Shown: positions 9,698 through 19,818, numbered from the stretch's first letter. The stretch is DNA of 64,000 bases from a candidate division WOR-3 bacterium (GCA_029858255.1 JAOUFJ010000006.1:4285-68284); one strand, 5' to 3'. Numbers and translations: made by a program. The notes: generated by a model from the sequence alone, not told the origin.

Positions 9698-11545
9698 CTA
9701 GTGCCTTTTGCGCTTGCCGAGTAGTATGATGTCACGCAGGTCTTCGGTCGTTCCTGCTTTGTGCCACGTTTTGTCAAAATCAGGGTCTTGTGATATCTGA
9801 GCAATTGCCATCAGTGCTCTCAGATGTGATCGGCGTCTGTCTTGAGTGCCGACCAGCACGAAGATGATGTGGACTGGTTCAGGCGCATCGGGGAATATTA
9901 TACCTTCCTTAGCGCGCACAAGTAGCACATCGAATTTATCTTTTCCCTCGATGATGATATGTGGGATCGCCAATCCCGGCCTCAATGCCGTGCAGGATTG
10001 TTTCTCGCGTTCAATGAAGAGTTGAACGAATTTTGCCTTTTCAACACCCAGTCGATTGCTCAATTGCTCAGAGGCTATTTGTACAAAATCATCAAATTGC
10101 AGGGTTTTTTCGAAATCGAGTACTACGGCTTCTTTGATCAAATGGTCGAAGTCATCCTCGATTATCTCTTCTCGTTCTTTCACTACTTCGCGTAATTCCT
10201 CGCGTAGTGTATCTGTCGCGATCTGTCTGTCGGTAACACGTTCGACTATGCACATGAGCGCCGATTCTCTTGTTATCTTCGGCCGTACGTATAGCAAGTA
10301 CCAGATTAGTGCAGCGGCGATGAATGTCGCTGTCATCGCGAGCGTTAGAACGCCCATGTCAGCGATGAGAAAAAGATAGCCAAGGATGCCGGCGATCTGG
10401 ATATACGGGTAAAAGGGTGCATGGAAACTTGGCTGATAGTTCTGAAGCCGACTCTCGCGCATTACTATCACCGCAAGATTTGCCGAAATGTACAGGAGGA
10501 GCAGCATGGTCGAGGCGGCTTTTATCAGCACCTCGAGATCGAGAAATAGTATTGTGATGATCATAATAGAGGAGGTTACTATTATCGCGATATGCGGTGT
10601 CTTGAATTTTTTGCTTATTTTGGAGAAGAAGTGGGGCAGAATTTCGTCGCGGCTCATCGCAAGCGGATAGCGAGATGCAGACATGATCCCCGCGTTGGCG
10701 GTTGAAATGAATGCCAGAAGAGCGGCAATAGCAGTAACAACGATGCCACCCATTCCCCAGAATGTTTTTGCTCCGGCGGAAATCGGCGTGAGAGATGTTC
10801 TTAACGATTCTGGATCGAGTATGCCTACGGTCACGAAAGCCACGGCGACATAGAGGCCGAGAACCATTATGTACGCGAGCATCATCCCGAGCGGCACTGT
10901 TGTTTTTGGGTTCTTGATCTCCTCGGCAACGCTCGCGACCTTGGTGAGTCCACCAAAAGAGATGAACACAAGCCCGGCAGTGGAAAGTACGCGGCCAAAA
11001 CCATAGGGTGTGAAATTGTCGAGACGGTCCGGATGCACATTCGTGAAACCTACGATCACGTAGAGACAGAGAATGACAAACAGTGCTACAACGAGGAGGA
11101 TCTGAGTTCTGCCGGCCTCCTTTATGCCTAAGAGATTTACCATCATGAAGAAAAGGCATAATATGACCGCTATTGCCTTGATTGCCGGAATGCTGAGACC
11201 GGGGTTGATCAGCAGTGCGAATATTCCCATCCCCATCAATGCAAACGCCGTCTTCAGACTCAGTGACAGCCAGCTTGCCATCCCGGCAACCGTGCCCGGA
11301 GCAAAACCCATGCTTCTTGTTATGTAGAAATAGTCGCCGCCTGCTTTGGGCATGGCAGTTACCAGCTCTGCTTTGCTGAGCAGCGCCGGTATAACGAGCA
11401 CCCCGGCGATTATGTACGAAAGGATCATGGCCGGCCCAGCTTTGGCAAATGCGATGCCGGGCAGCACAAACAACCCGGAACTAATCATGGCTCCGGACGC
11501 GATAGCGAACACTTCGAAAAGGCCGAGTTCCTTTTTCAGAGCCAT
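9698..11545 (-). CDS. APC-superfamily amino acid permease fused to a C-terminal PTS EIIA type-2 (EIIA-Ntr-like) domain
   Basis: N-terminal ~430 aa with 12 predicted TMs and an APC-type start (LGLFEVFAIASGAMISSGLFVLPG). C-terminal ~150 aa resembles the PTS EIIA-2 fold (LIEREKQSCTALRPGLAIPH...LLVRAKEGIIFPDA...HIIFVLVG). Confidence 0.7.
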   Translation of the reverse strand: MALKKELGLFEVFAIASGAMISSGLFVLPGIAFAKAGPAMILSYIIAGVLVIPALLSKAELVTAMPKAGGDYFYITRSMGFAPGTVAGMASWLSLSLKTAFALMGMGIFALLINPGLSIPAIKAIAVILCLFFMMVNLLGIKEAGRTQILLVVALFVILCLYVIVGFTNVHPDRLDNFTPYGFGRVLSTAGLVFISFGGLTKVASVAEEIKNPKTTVPLGMMLAYIMVLGLYVAVAFVTVGILDPESLRTSLTPISAGAKTFWGMGGIVVTAIAALLAFISTANAGIMSASRYPLAMSRDEILPHFFSKISKKFKTPHIAIIVTSSIMIITILFLDLEVLIKAASTMLLLLYISANLAVIVMRESRLQNYQPSFHAPFYPYIQIAGILGYLFLIADMGVLTLAMTATFIAAALIWYLLYVRPKITRESALMCIVERVTDRQIATDTLREELREVVKEREEIIEDDFDHLIKEAVVLDFEKTLQFDDFVQIASEQLSNRLGVEKAKFVQLFIEREKQSCTALRPGLAIPHIIIEGKDKFDVLLVRAKEGIIFPDAPEPVHIIFVLVGTQDRRRSHLRALMAIAQISQDPDFDKTWHKAGTTEDLRDIILLGKRKRH

Positions 11546-11561
11546 ATCAACCCTTTTGTTT

Positions 11562-12563
11562 TCAGGAACACATTTTTCTGAGCTGAATAATCTGCTCGGG
11601 TGATCCGAATCCGATTAGGGTGTCGCCCGGATTGATTATACTGTCCGAACTTGGATTGAAAGTCAATTTGTTCAGTTCTGCAGACTTCAACGCAGGAATG
11701 ACGATTCCGATCTTTCTGGATATTTCTGTTTCTTTCAGTGTTTTACCGGCGATCGCTGAGCCCGTTTTCACAGTCACTTCATCGAGCAGGAGGTTGAGGT
11801 GTTGTCCACGTAGTATCGTATCGAGAAAAGACATGACCGTTGGCCTCAGTGCAGCCGCGGCAAGGTGTATCCCGCCGATCTTCTCCGGAGAAAATACGTA
11901 GTCGGCGCCCGCCTTTCTTAGTTTATCGATGGATGCTGCCTCAACGGCGCGCGATATGATGCGTAATTTTGGATTCAGAGATCGCGCGGTCAGACAAATG
12001 TATAGGTTATCCGCGTCATTTCCCAATGCGGCTATGATACCTTTGGCATTCTTGATCCCCGCGTACTTCAATACTTCATCATGGGTTGCATCACCTGTAA
12101 AGTAGAGTATCTTCGGATTTTCCCTGACGAATTTCTCGAGGACCTCCTGTTCTCTATCTATCAGGACAAAAGGCTCATCGGCACTGATGAATTCCTGTAT
12201 AATATCTTCGCCGACTGCGCCCACCCCGCAAATCACAAAATGATCTTTCATTTTCGAAATTCTCTGCTGCATTCCTTGCCTCCTGAATATCTCGCCGAAC
12301 GTTCCCTCCATGATTGAAGAGAAGATGAAGTTAGCACCTGTTGCGATGAGCAAAATGCCGCTGATTATTAGGGCGGCGGTGAAGATCCGCCCTGCCTCGC
12401 TTAACGGCCTCACTTCTCCGTATCCAACCGTCGATACAGTGATGATGGTCATATAAACTGCTTCATTGAATGACCATCCTTCGATGACCATATATCCAAC
12501 CGTTCCCCCGAAAAAAACCGCAACGATTGCCATTACTATGATAGCTACGCGTCTGTGGATCAT
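11562..12563 (-). CDS. potassium channel with TrkA-N/RCK NAD-binding domain (MthK-like)
   Basis: Two TMs flank a pore helix and selectivity filter TVGYGEV. A Rossmann GxGxxG (FVICGVGAVGEDII) begins the RCK domain. Confidence 0.8.
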   Translation of the reverse strand: MIHRRVAIIVMAIVAVFFGGTVGYMVIEGWSFNEAVYMTIITVSTVGYGEVRPLSEAGRIFTAALIISGILLIATGANFIFSSIMEGTFGEIFRRQGMQQRISKMKDHFVICGVGAVGEDIIQEFISADEPFVLIDREQEVLEKFVRENPKILYFTGDATHDEVLKYAGIKNAKGIIAALGNDADNLYICLTARSLNPKLRIISRAVEAASIDKLRKAGADYVFSPEKIGGIHLAAAALRPTVMSFLDTILRGQHLNLLLDEVTVKTGSAIAGKTLKETEISRKIGIVIPALKSAELNKLTFNPSSDSIINPGDTLIGFGSPEQIIQLRKMCS

Positions 12564-12651
12564 CTATTTAATTATACTTTTTATCTTTATGCCTGTCAAC
12601 AATAACTGGAATCCATACTTGAAAGTTGAACATAAATGTGTATTATTGGGC

Positions 12652-13626
12652 ATGGTGGAAAACGGCGAAATCGTTGTCAACGGTATACACAAAGTATTCA
12701 AGAAGGGCAAGCCAGATGAAGTCCGGGCAGTGGACGGCATTAGTTTTAATATCAACAAAGGCGAGCTATTTGGCCTGCTGGGTCCCAATGGTGCCGGTAA
12801 GACGACACTCATAAAGTGTATCTCGACTCTCTTGATCCCCGACAGTGGATCAGTGGAGGTCGGCGGTTACGATATCTGCCGTGAGCCGGTTGAGGTGAGA
12901 CGGCATATTGGAGTGTTGACCGGAGGCGAGCGTTCCCTCTATTGGAAACTCACTCCGGTCGAGAATCTGCGTTATTTTGCTGCTCTCTATGGTGTGCCCC
13001 GCAAGGTCACGAAAGAACGAATCGGGTATCTCCTTGAGTTAATGGGGTTGAAGGATAAGTCGAAGGTCCGGGTCGAGAAACTATCTTCGGGGATGAAGCA
13101 GAAGTTGTCCCTGGCCAGGGTTCTGGTCCATGACCCGCCGATACTGCTCGTGGACGAACCAACACTGGGTCTTGATCCTTATTTCGCACGTTTCATCAGG
13201 GATTTTGTGAAGAATGAACTTAACAAGAGACTCAAAAAGACGATTCTCCTGACCACTCATTATATGGATGAAGCCGATGAACTGTGTGAGCGGATCGCTT
13301 TTATGAATCGTGGCAAGATCGAGGCCATGGATACTCCAAATCGGTTGAAGCAGAGCATGCCACAGAAACAGGTGCTGGAAATAAAATGTCGGGGCACGAT
13401 CGAGAAAGAAATGTTTGAAAACATCGAGGGCGCAGCTAGCATCAATATTTCACATGGAGAGGGATTCGCTTATCTGAGGTGGAATACGGACAATTCGGAA
13501 ATGATCCTGGGTAATATCATTGAACTCGTGCGGGAAAAGGCAAAGATATTTTCCGTGCGTGTGACCGTGCCTACCCTCGAAGACGTTTTTGTGCATCTGA
13601 CAGGCGCAAGCCTAAAAGACGGATGA
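12652..13626 (+). CDS. ABC transporter ATP-binding protein (ABC-2/DrrA-like exporter ATPase)
   Basis: Walker A GPNGAGKTT, ABC signature LSSGMKQKLSLA, Walker B ILLVDEPTLGLD. The long ORF beginning at 12466 overlaps the channel gene on the opposite strand, so the start is set at the internal ATG 12652 (MVENGEIVVNG...). Confidence 0.85.
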   Translation: MVENGEIVVNGIHKVFKKGKPDEVRAVDGISFNINKGELFGLLGPNGAGKTTLIKCISTLLIPDSGSVEVGGYDICREPVEVRRHIGVLTGGERSLYWKLTPVENLRYFAALYGVPRKVTKERIGYLLELMGLKDKSKVRVEKLSSGMKQKLSLARVLVHDPPILLVDEPTLGLDPYFARFIRDFVKNELNKRLKKTILLTTHYMDEADELCERIAFMNRGKIEAMDTPNRLKQSMPQKQVLEIKCRGTIEKEMFENIEGAASINISHGEGFAYLRWNTDNSEMILGNIIELVREKAKIFSVRVTVPTLEDVFVHLTGASLKDG

Positions 13627-13660
13627 GATTAGCCGGACAAAATAAACGATAACGAGAATT

Positions 13661-14464
13661 ATGTGGGTGATAGTCGAGGAAGTGAGAAAGAGCGTCAGAA
13701 TACTGCTCGCATACCCTGCTGAAGTTATATTCTGGATATTTTCACCGCTGTTATGGGTGATCCCGCTTGTATTTCAGGGCAAGGCATTGGTCGGTGCTTT
13801 CAGCAGTACCCAGTTCGGCAGGCTTGCGGGTACTGATGAGTTCATCCCATATGTGCTAATCGGCGCGATCATAAGTACATATATGTTCTCTGCAGTGTGG
13901 AGCATGGGTAATTCGTTTCGAGATGAAACATACTACGGAACGCTCGAACACATTCTGTCATCCCCTGCGCGTCCGGCCTACATTCTCATAGGAAAAGGTT
14001 TGTACAACTCGATTCTATCTACCTCTTTTGTCATAGTGCAACTGCTTATCTGCGTTTTTATTTTTGGTCTGGACATCACACTGGTCAAGATCCTGCCAAT
14101 CTTCATGTTTCTGCTTTTACTCATTGTTGGTCTTTACGGTATCGGTTTCATGGCTGCCGCGCTCACCCTTCTTGTAAAGGAAGCCCACGGTTTGTTACAC
14201 ATGTTTGAGTACATACTTTTTCTATTTTCACCGATCCGCTATCCAGTCGAAGTGAATCCCATAACGAAAGCGATCAGTGTTTTTATACCGCTCACTTATG
14301 CACTCATTGCCCTTCGCGGTCTTATGCTCAACATCGAATTCAACTTTCTCAAGAACAGCATCATTCTGCTCGGAATTGACTGCGTGTTGATCCCCCTTGG
14401 TCTGGTTATCTTCCATTACGTTGAGAAGCGGACAAAGACCAGAGGTACGCTGTCAGACTATTAG
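13661..14464 (+). CDS. ABC-2 type transporter permease
   Basis: 6-TM hydrophobic protein immediately downstream of the ABC ATPase. Typical ABC-2 permease size. Confidence 0.7.
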   Translation: MWVIVEEVRKSVRILLAYPAEVIFWIFSPLLWVIPLVFQGKALVGAFSSTQFGRLAGTDEFIPYVLIGAIISTYMFSAVWSMGNSFRDETYYGTLEHILSSPARPAYILIGKGLYNSILSTSFVIVQLLICVFIFGLDITLVKILPIFMFLLLLIVGLYGIGFMAAALTLLVKEAHGLLHMFEYILFLFSPIRYPVEVNPITKAISVFIPLTYALIALRGLMLNIEFNFLKNSIILLGIDCVLIPLGLVIFHYVEKRTKTRGTLSDY

Positions 14465-14467
14465 TAT

Positions 14468-15331
14468 ATGGCATTGAAGCAGGGTCATAAAGGATTAGTC
14501 AAGACGTTCTTACACTATCTCCGTGCCGTGAACGCGGAGAATATCAAGGAATGGAAGATTGAATTGACCTACAAACCTGATTTTATCCGGCAATTCATCG
14601 AGCCTTTTGTGTATCTGTTTCCTTATTTTTTGTATGGTTTTGCTCTGCTCGGTGGTCGGTACTCAGAGCATCTGAGAAGCCTCACCGGGATAAGTGATAT
14701 GGTTGCCTATACGTTCATTGGCTACTTGTTCATAGGCTTCTTGAACACCGCATGTTGGGCGATGGGTTTCTCGTTGCGTAAGGAACAATGGTTTGGTACT
14801 CTTGAAACGATCTTCGTCGCACCGGTCCCGCGTTGGGTTTATGTGGCTGGGATGGCTCTCCATTCAACATGCCACCAGGGGTTGATAATGCTCATTCAAG
14901 CGGTGGTGATCGCTACTTTCTTCGCAATCGTCCTTCACATGAGCGGCATTTTCATGGCGCTGCTGATCGTTCTGCTGATGTTGCTTGGTTTGTACGGGCT
15001 GGGCATTATTGTCGCTGGTTTGACGATCGCACTCAAACAGTGGTGGGTCGTTTCAGAAGCGCTCTCGACGCTCATCGTCGTCGTAACCCCGATCGCGTAT
15101 CCGCTTGCGGTATTACCGTTTGTATTGCGTAAGATATCGATGTTCCTACCGACCACTTATGGCATCATCGGGGTCCGGCATCTCCTGCTGGGCGAGGAAC
15201 TTGTTATTGGCCTGCCGGCGATCTTCTTGCGTCTCTTCGTGATATTAGTTGTTTGGTTGACATTCGGGATGATCGTATTTCTGGTCATGGACCGGTATGG
15301 CCGTAAGAAAGGTTCACTTTCCATATATTAA
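14468..15331 (+). CDS. ABC-2 type transporter permease (second subunit)
   Basis: 6-TM hydrophobic protein, 3-bp gap from the preceding permease. Paralogous architecture. Confidence 0.7.
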   Translation: MALKQGHKGLVKTFLHYLRAVNAENIKEWKIELTYKPDFIRQFIEPFVYLFPYFLYGFALLGGRYSEHLRSLTGISDMVAYTFIGYLFIGFLNTACWAMGFSLRKEQWFGTLETIFVAPVPRWVYVAGMALHSTCHQGLIMLIQAVVIATFFAIVLHMSGIFMALLIVLLMLLGLYGLGIIVAGLTIALKQWWVVSEALSTLIVVVTPIAYPLAVLPFVLRKISMFLPTTYGIIGVRHLLLGEELVIGLPAIFLRLFVILVVWLTFGMIVFLVMDRYGRKKGSLSIY

Positions 15332-15343
15332 GAGGAGGAGAAG

Positions 15344-16771
15344 ATGAATAGCATTGTCACGATAGAATTTGTGCTATACCTGGCATTGATCATGGGGATT
15401 GGACTGTATTTTGCCAGGAAGAAGATGACCCAGGCTGATTTTCACCTCGGCGGTAAGAAGATTCCCGGCTGGGCACTTGCTCTTTCGGAAAGAGCGACCG
15501 GCGAATCGGCCTGGTGTCTGCTCGGGTTAACTGGTTTTGCATTTGCCGCCGGCCTTTCATCGGTGTGGATCGCTGTCGGGTGTGTGGCAGGTATCACTGT
15601 TTCCTGGCTCTGGCTGGCAAAAGAATTCAGACGGGAACGCGATAAATACGATACCCTGACGCTGCCCGATTACCTGGCTACGAAATATGCAAGTAGGGGT
15701 AAATTCATAAGATGGTTCTCCAGTATCATCATCATTTTCTTCTTTGTCCTCTATGTGGCGGCACAGTTCAGCGGCGGCGGTAAGACGTTGAACATCACAT
15801 TCGGCATTCCGGTCACATGGGGGATCATTATTTCTGCGGTCGTTGTTATTCTATATGCGATGGCAGGGGGTTTCTTGTCTGTGGTCTGGACCGATGTAGT
15901 ACAGGCTATTCTGATGATCATAACACTGGTAGTAACACCCATCGTGGCGCTCATTGCCATTGCGCAGAGTAATATATCAATCCCCGGAGCTCTGACTGTT
16001 GCCGGAGGTGGTTTGGATTCCTGGACCGGCGGTGCGGTCGGATTTGCCGCGGGGACCTTAATATTCAACAATTTTTCCTGGTTCTTCGGGTATTTGGGCG
16101 GACAGCCGCAGCTCGATGCACGCTGGATGGCAATGCGATCTGACCGGGATGTCAAGATCGGCGCGGCAGTTGCGATCACCTGGACACTACTTGCTTATGC
16201 CGGAGCGATCACACTTGGTATTGCGGCGATTGCGCTTTTCGGCGCGGGCGTGGTCTCTGATCCTGAACAGATCCTTCCGTTTATGCTATTGAAACTCATG
16301 CCTCCCTGGCTTGCGGGTATTCTCCTCGCCGGTGCGGTTGCGGCAATGATGTCGACTGCGGATTCGCAGTTATTGATTGCGACATCATCGATCAGCGAAG
16401 ACATCGTGCACAAAGCATTGCGCAGGGACTTTGACGATCGGAAGCTGGTTATGATCTCACGTATTACGATCCTTGTCGTCGGATTGATCGCACTCGTCAT
16501 GGCATTTACTTCAAAGAGTCTGATCTACACTATAGTCAGCTGGGCCTGGGCAGGTATCGGATGTTCTTTTGCCCCGGCCGTCATTCTATCGTTCTTCTGG
16601 AAGAAATTCAACTCGCGTGGCGTTATTGCTTCGCTCGTCTCGGGTTTTGTTACGACCATTATCTGGATGACCACGGGTCTCGATTCTATCTTCACCGCAC
16701 GAGCCGCAACATTTATTATCGCCTTTGTTTGTGCTGTGGTCGTTACTCTCTGGAAATCAGACAGAGACTAA
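15344..16771 (+). CDS. sodium:solute symporter family transporter (PutP/PanF-like)
   Basis: SSS-family N-terminus (GGKKIPGWALALSERATGESAWCLLGLTG), 13 predicted TMs, 475 aa. RBS GAGGAGGAG upstream. Confidence 0.8.
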   Translation: MNSIVTIEFVLYLALIMGIGLYFARKKMTQADFHLGGKKIPGWALALSERATGESAWCLLGLTGFAFAAGLSSVWIAVGCVAGITVSWLWLAKEFRRERDKYDTLTLPDYLATKYASRGKFIRWFSSIIIIFFFVLYVAAQFSGGGKTLNITFGIPVTWGIIISAVVVILYAMAGGFLSVVWTDVVQAILMIITLVVTPIVALIAIAQSNISIPGALTVAGGGLDSWTGGAVGFAAGTLIFNNFSWFFGYLGGQPQLDARWMAMRSDRDVKIGAAVAITWTLLAYAGAITLGIAAIALFGAGVVSDPEQILPFMLLKLMPPWLAGILLAGAVAAMMSTADSQLLIATSSISEDIVHKALRRDFDDRKLVMISRITILVVGLIALVMAFTSKSLIYTIVSWAWAGIGCSFAPAVILSFFWKKFNSRGVIASLVSGFVTTIIWMTTGLDSIFTARAATFIIAFVCAVVVTLWKSDRD

Positions 16772-16780
16772 CAGCGCACG

Positions 16781-18988
16781 CTATTTTGTATACCGGAATT
16801 CCCTGCCTATTGATATATAGTAATTAACGCGAGCTCCGATAAAATTTTCTTCATCGGTTTCGCCAATTCCCATAACGACGGTGAACGGACCGATCGGTGT
16901 ATTGGTTCTGACGCCAATGCCTGCACCCCAGTGAAGTTCTGATGCCGGGTTCTCGTTCCGGATAAGATCATCAAGACGTTCAAATGTAGCGACGTTGGAA
17001 ACCAACTGCAAATATACTGGGTAATCTTTCTGGTCCAGCAGGTTGAGTATCCTGTATTCAAGACCGAGATGCAAGATGGTACGGTTCTTGGTCGTGAAGA
17101 ATCCATTTTCGTATCCGGTGAGATTACTGCCGCCTGTATGATAATAGTAATCCCATGCCGGATCGCCGTGAGAGAATCCCAGGTTCAATCCCGGATTGAT
17201 CAATACACGTGAGGACAATGGTATATAGTGATCAAATGAAAAATCGATCCGGATGAAATCAGAGGAAGCTTTTAACCTTTCTGTAGAATATATGATTTCT
17301 GTTTTATATGATGAACCTTTATTGGGCAAATGCAGATCGTCGTAAGTGTTGTACTCCATCCGGAAAGTTGGTCCAACTATCCATTCATTCTCTGGTATCG
17401 AATCGAAGACCGGTATTTGTGGCAATCTGTGAATCGCTTCCCGTGCCGTAATGCCGAAGTTGAAAAAAGCATTGCGTCCGAGTATATACCCTGCCTCAAT
17501 CAACGCTCCATGGTAGGTTGTAGTATAAGCTGTCAACCAGGTATTATTCTCGAAAAAAGGTCTATCTATGGATCCCCGGAAGATATCGATCCGGTAGCCC
17601 ATCGGGACGGCGAATAGCCGGGTGCCTGTTAATCCGAGTCTTACGGCACGTGGATTGCCGAGATTGAGCGCGCCGCGTATGCTCGCTCCGGTTCCCCATA
17701 GGTTGCTTTGTCCACCCTCAATGCCAAGGATGAGATTGTCGCTGTTGTCATATCGAACACCCAGTGCGTAGAATCCATATTCAGACTCTTTGGTTTGGTA
17801 GATAACTTCAACCGAATCTTCGCCGTGAAATATCAGTCTGTAATTTATGTCCGAGAACAAACCTGTGTTGTATAGCGAGATCATATCTCTGTGCAGCAAT
17901 TGAAAATCGAGTTTCATGCCTTTCTTCGTCCTCACGAGATGGCTTATAGTCGAAGAACCGGTGACTTCAAGACCTTCAAATCGAATACCGCTTACGAAAG
18001 GCAAGGGACGACGCGTTATCCCGTTGGGCTTTACATATGCCTTTCTACCATTCAACTTAGCTCTTATCTCAGGTAATGCAGCTTCCGCTGCTTTTTCGCC
18101 GGCCGCGATCAGTTCACGGGCACGGTTGAAGTCCGATGACATGAAAGGATCGACATTCGGTTCAATAACAATATCCGTAAGCTGCAATTGTGCACGGTAA
18201 TCGCAGATATTTATTAGATCCATTGTGCGTGAAATTACGTCTATCAAACCTTCGTTGTTCGATCTTTGTTTGTTACGGATAGTTGTACTTGCTATGATCA
18301 GATCGGGCTCGAATTCAAGCAGAGGCTGAACCGGAAGAAACTGCTGGACACCGCCATCAATGAGCTCAAGTGTATCAATCGTCTCCGGAGAGAATACTCC
18401 GGGAATAGCTATACTTGCTCTTATTGCCTGTTCGAGTCGTCCATTCTTCATGGTGATAAGATCGCCGCTTGTGAGATCGACTGCTATTGCCCGATAAGGG
18501 ATGGGAAGGCTGTCAAAATCGTAGTAAGTGTCGAATTCGATTTCTGACAATAGATTCATTAGCAAGAATTCGACGTTTTGAAGCGATATCAAACCGGACG
18601 GAAGGGTTGGAACGAATTTCTTGTGTCCTAATACAAGGATATATCGTTGGTTCTGCTGGCGTTCAGGTAGATAAAGCGCACCAAATGGAACGCTCGAGCT
18701 GAAGAGTTTGGAAAAATCTGCGTTGACAGCAATACTCTCTATTTCTGCTGCGGTGTATCCGGCTGCGTACACACCGCCCACGAGTGAGCCCATACTGTTT
18801 CCAACAATACAGCATGGGTGAATGCCCTCGCGCTCCAGTACCTTTAGCACACCGATGTGTGCAAATCCAAGCGCAGCACCGCCCGATAGGGCATATCCGA
18901 TACGGACCTGCGATGTATCACCATCCTTAGTGTCAGGGGAAGGAACGAGGCTAACAAAGAACGCTGTAATGATAAATATCGATATCAT
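16781..18988 (-). CDS. patatin-like phospholipase fused to POTRA/Omp85 (surface antigen D15-type) outer-membrane barrel (PlpD-like, type Vd-like)
   Basis: Patatin Gly-rich loop GGAALGFAHIGVL and the GxSxG nucleophile (GNSMGSLVGG) in the N-terminal part. The C-terminal half is beta-barrel-like with alternating aromatic patterns and an Omp85-type C-terminus. Confidence 0.75.
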   Translation of the reverse strand: MISIFIITAFFVSLVPSPDTKDGDTSQVRIGYALSGGAALGFAHIGVLKVLEREGIHPCCIVGNSMGSLVGGVYAAGYTAAEIESIAVNADFSKLFSSSVPFGALYLPERQQNQRYILVLGHKKFVPTLPSGLISLQNVEFLLMNLLSEIEFDTYYDFDSLPIPYRAIAVDLTSGDLITMKNGRLEQAIRASIAIPGVFSPETIDTLELIDGGVQQFLPVQPLLEFEPDLIIASTTIRNKQRSNNEGLIDVISRTMDLINICDYRAQLQLTDIVIEPNVDPFMSSDFNRARELIAAGEKAAEAALPEIRAKLNGRKAYVKPNGITRRPLPFVSGIRFEGLEVTGSSTISHLVRTKKGMKLDFQLLHRDMISLYNTGLFSDINYRLIFHGEDSVEVIYQTKESEYGFYALGVRYDNSDNLILGIEGGQSNLWGTGASIRGALNLGNPRAVRLGLTGTRLFAVPMGYRIDIFRGSIDRPFFENNTWLTAYTTTYHGALIEAGYILGRNAFFNFGITAREAIHRLPQIPVFDSIPENEWIVGPTFRMEYNTYDDLHLPNKGSSYKTEIIYSTERLKASSDFIRIDFSFDHYIPLSSRVLINPGLNLGFSHGDPAWDYYYHTGGSNLTGYENGFFTTKNRTILHLGLEYRILNLLDQKDYPVYLQLVSNVATFERLDDLIRNENPASELHWGAGIGVRTNTPIGPFTVVMGIGETDEENFIGARVNYYISIGREFRYTK

Positions 18989-19047
18989 CTTATACTGAGC
19001 GCAGTCAAACGCAATGGCTTATATTCAGATGTATGCTTATACCGTTA

Positions 19048-19617
19048 TCAGTTCTGCCCGCAGCATTTCTTGAATTTCTTTCCACTGCCGCAAGGGCAGG
19101 GGTCGTTGCGGCCTATTTTTGCCTCAGTTTTCGCTTTTTGTGCTGTTTTGCCTTTGCCTGTTTTCTTCGGAGCAACCGGGCTTTTTGATTTCCTGGATTG
19201 TGTCCGAGCGGGCAGTGCTTTTTGGAAGGCCTTGTTTTCCTTCTTGATCATTCCATTGAGTTGTTCGCCGTTCTTTATGTGTCCGGTGTCATCGAGAAAA
19301 CCAATAAAGTCTATCAATATGTCAGATACATGCTCTTTCACTTGTGAGGACAAGGTAAGTTTGCTGGGGGCGTAAACGAGCATGAAGTGCTGGATGTGAT
19401 TTTCGTGCAGTTCTCTCAGTTCCTTTCTTTCCTCGAAGAAGAGGTAATCGAGCAGGCTCTTGGTCAGGTATTCTGCAGCGTCTTTATATGACTTTGTTTT
19501 TGCCTTGAATGCTTTTGACTCAAGAAACCCGCGACTCAATGCATTGGTTGTATGTACCAGTCTTTTTTCCCGCTTCCGTTCCTCTGCGCTTTTTTTCTGA
19601 ATGTCTGCTAATGCCAT
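19048..19617 (-). CDS. hypothetical protein with C-terminal SEC-C metal-binding motif
   Basis: C-terminus [15 protein letters not shown] is a SEC-C zinc-binding motif. The rest is unassigned, with a Lys-rich linker. Confidence 0.6.
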   Translation of the reverse strand: MALADIQKKSAEERKREKRLVHTTNALSRGFLESKAFKAKTKSYKDAAEYLTKSLLDYLFFEERKELRELHENHIQHFMLVYAPSKLTLSSQVKEHVSDILIDFIGFLDDTGHIKNGEQLNGMIKKENKAFQKALPARTQSRKSKSPVAPKKTGKGKTAQKAKTEAKIGRNDPCPCGSGKKFKKCCGQN

Positions 19618-19623
19618 ACGTTC

Positions 19624-19651
19624 ATTATACGCGGGTTTGTTGCGTTGTCAA
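19624..19651 (-). promoter_or_regulatory. consensus sigma70-type promoter (TTGACA-16-TATAAT) driving the SEC-C gene as a probable leaderless mRNA
   Basis: Minus strand reads TTGACAacgcaacaaacccgcgTATAATgaacgtATG. The -35 is at 19646-19651 and the -10 at 19624-19629. The ATG at 19617 sits 6 nt past the -10 with no room for an SD. Confidence 0.6.
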
Positions 19652-19657
19652 TCCTGG

Positions 19658-19716
19658 AGACACGCCTCCGGCTGAAGAAATTTAGCTTCGCTCCTGCAGA
19701 CACGCTTACGCTGAAG
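19658..19716. repeat. two imperfect 19-20 bp direct repeats AGACACGC(C/T)T(CC/A)CGGCTGAAG, 40 bp apart, abutting the -35 of the SEC-C promoter
   Basis: Copy 1 at 19658-19677 (agacacgcctccggctgaag), copy 2 at 19698-19716 (agacacgcttacgctgaag). Position relative to the promoter (-41 to -100) fits activator or repressor sites. Confidence 0.5.
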
Positions 19717-19773
19717 CATAATTTAAAGACAGAAATTAGGAGGTTAAGAGGATGAGAACTTGAGAAACGAAAG

Positions 19774-19818
19774 TAACGGTATTAACGAGAATAACGAAAT
19801 TAACGAACGTAACGTCTC
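19774..19818. repeat. 5 tandem 9-bp units each starting with TAACG (TAACGnnnn x5)
   Basis: TAACG starts at 19774, 19783, 19792, 19801 and 19810 with an exact 9-bp period (taacggtat taacgagaa taacgaaat taacgaacg taacgtctc). Located between the 3' end of the membrane-protein operon and the SEC-C promoter. Confidence 0.7.

Noticed and set aside
10359-11159. 266-aa ORF antisense to the APC permease gene
   Set aside because: It lies entirely inside a well-supported CDS on the other strand. It is Arg/Cys/His-rich with no domain signal and is a typical antisense artefact. The same reasoning applies to 25767-26699, 27382-28008, 2203-2733, 15751-16179 and other antisense ORFs of 60-300 aa in the track.
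12466-12651. N-terminal extension of the ABC ATPase ORF starting at 12466
   Set aside because: It overlaps the K+ channel gene on the opposite strand by ~100 bp and encodes a low-complexity hydrophobic stretch. The internal ATG at 12652 (MVENGEIV...) gives a normal ABC ATPase N-terminus.
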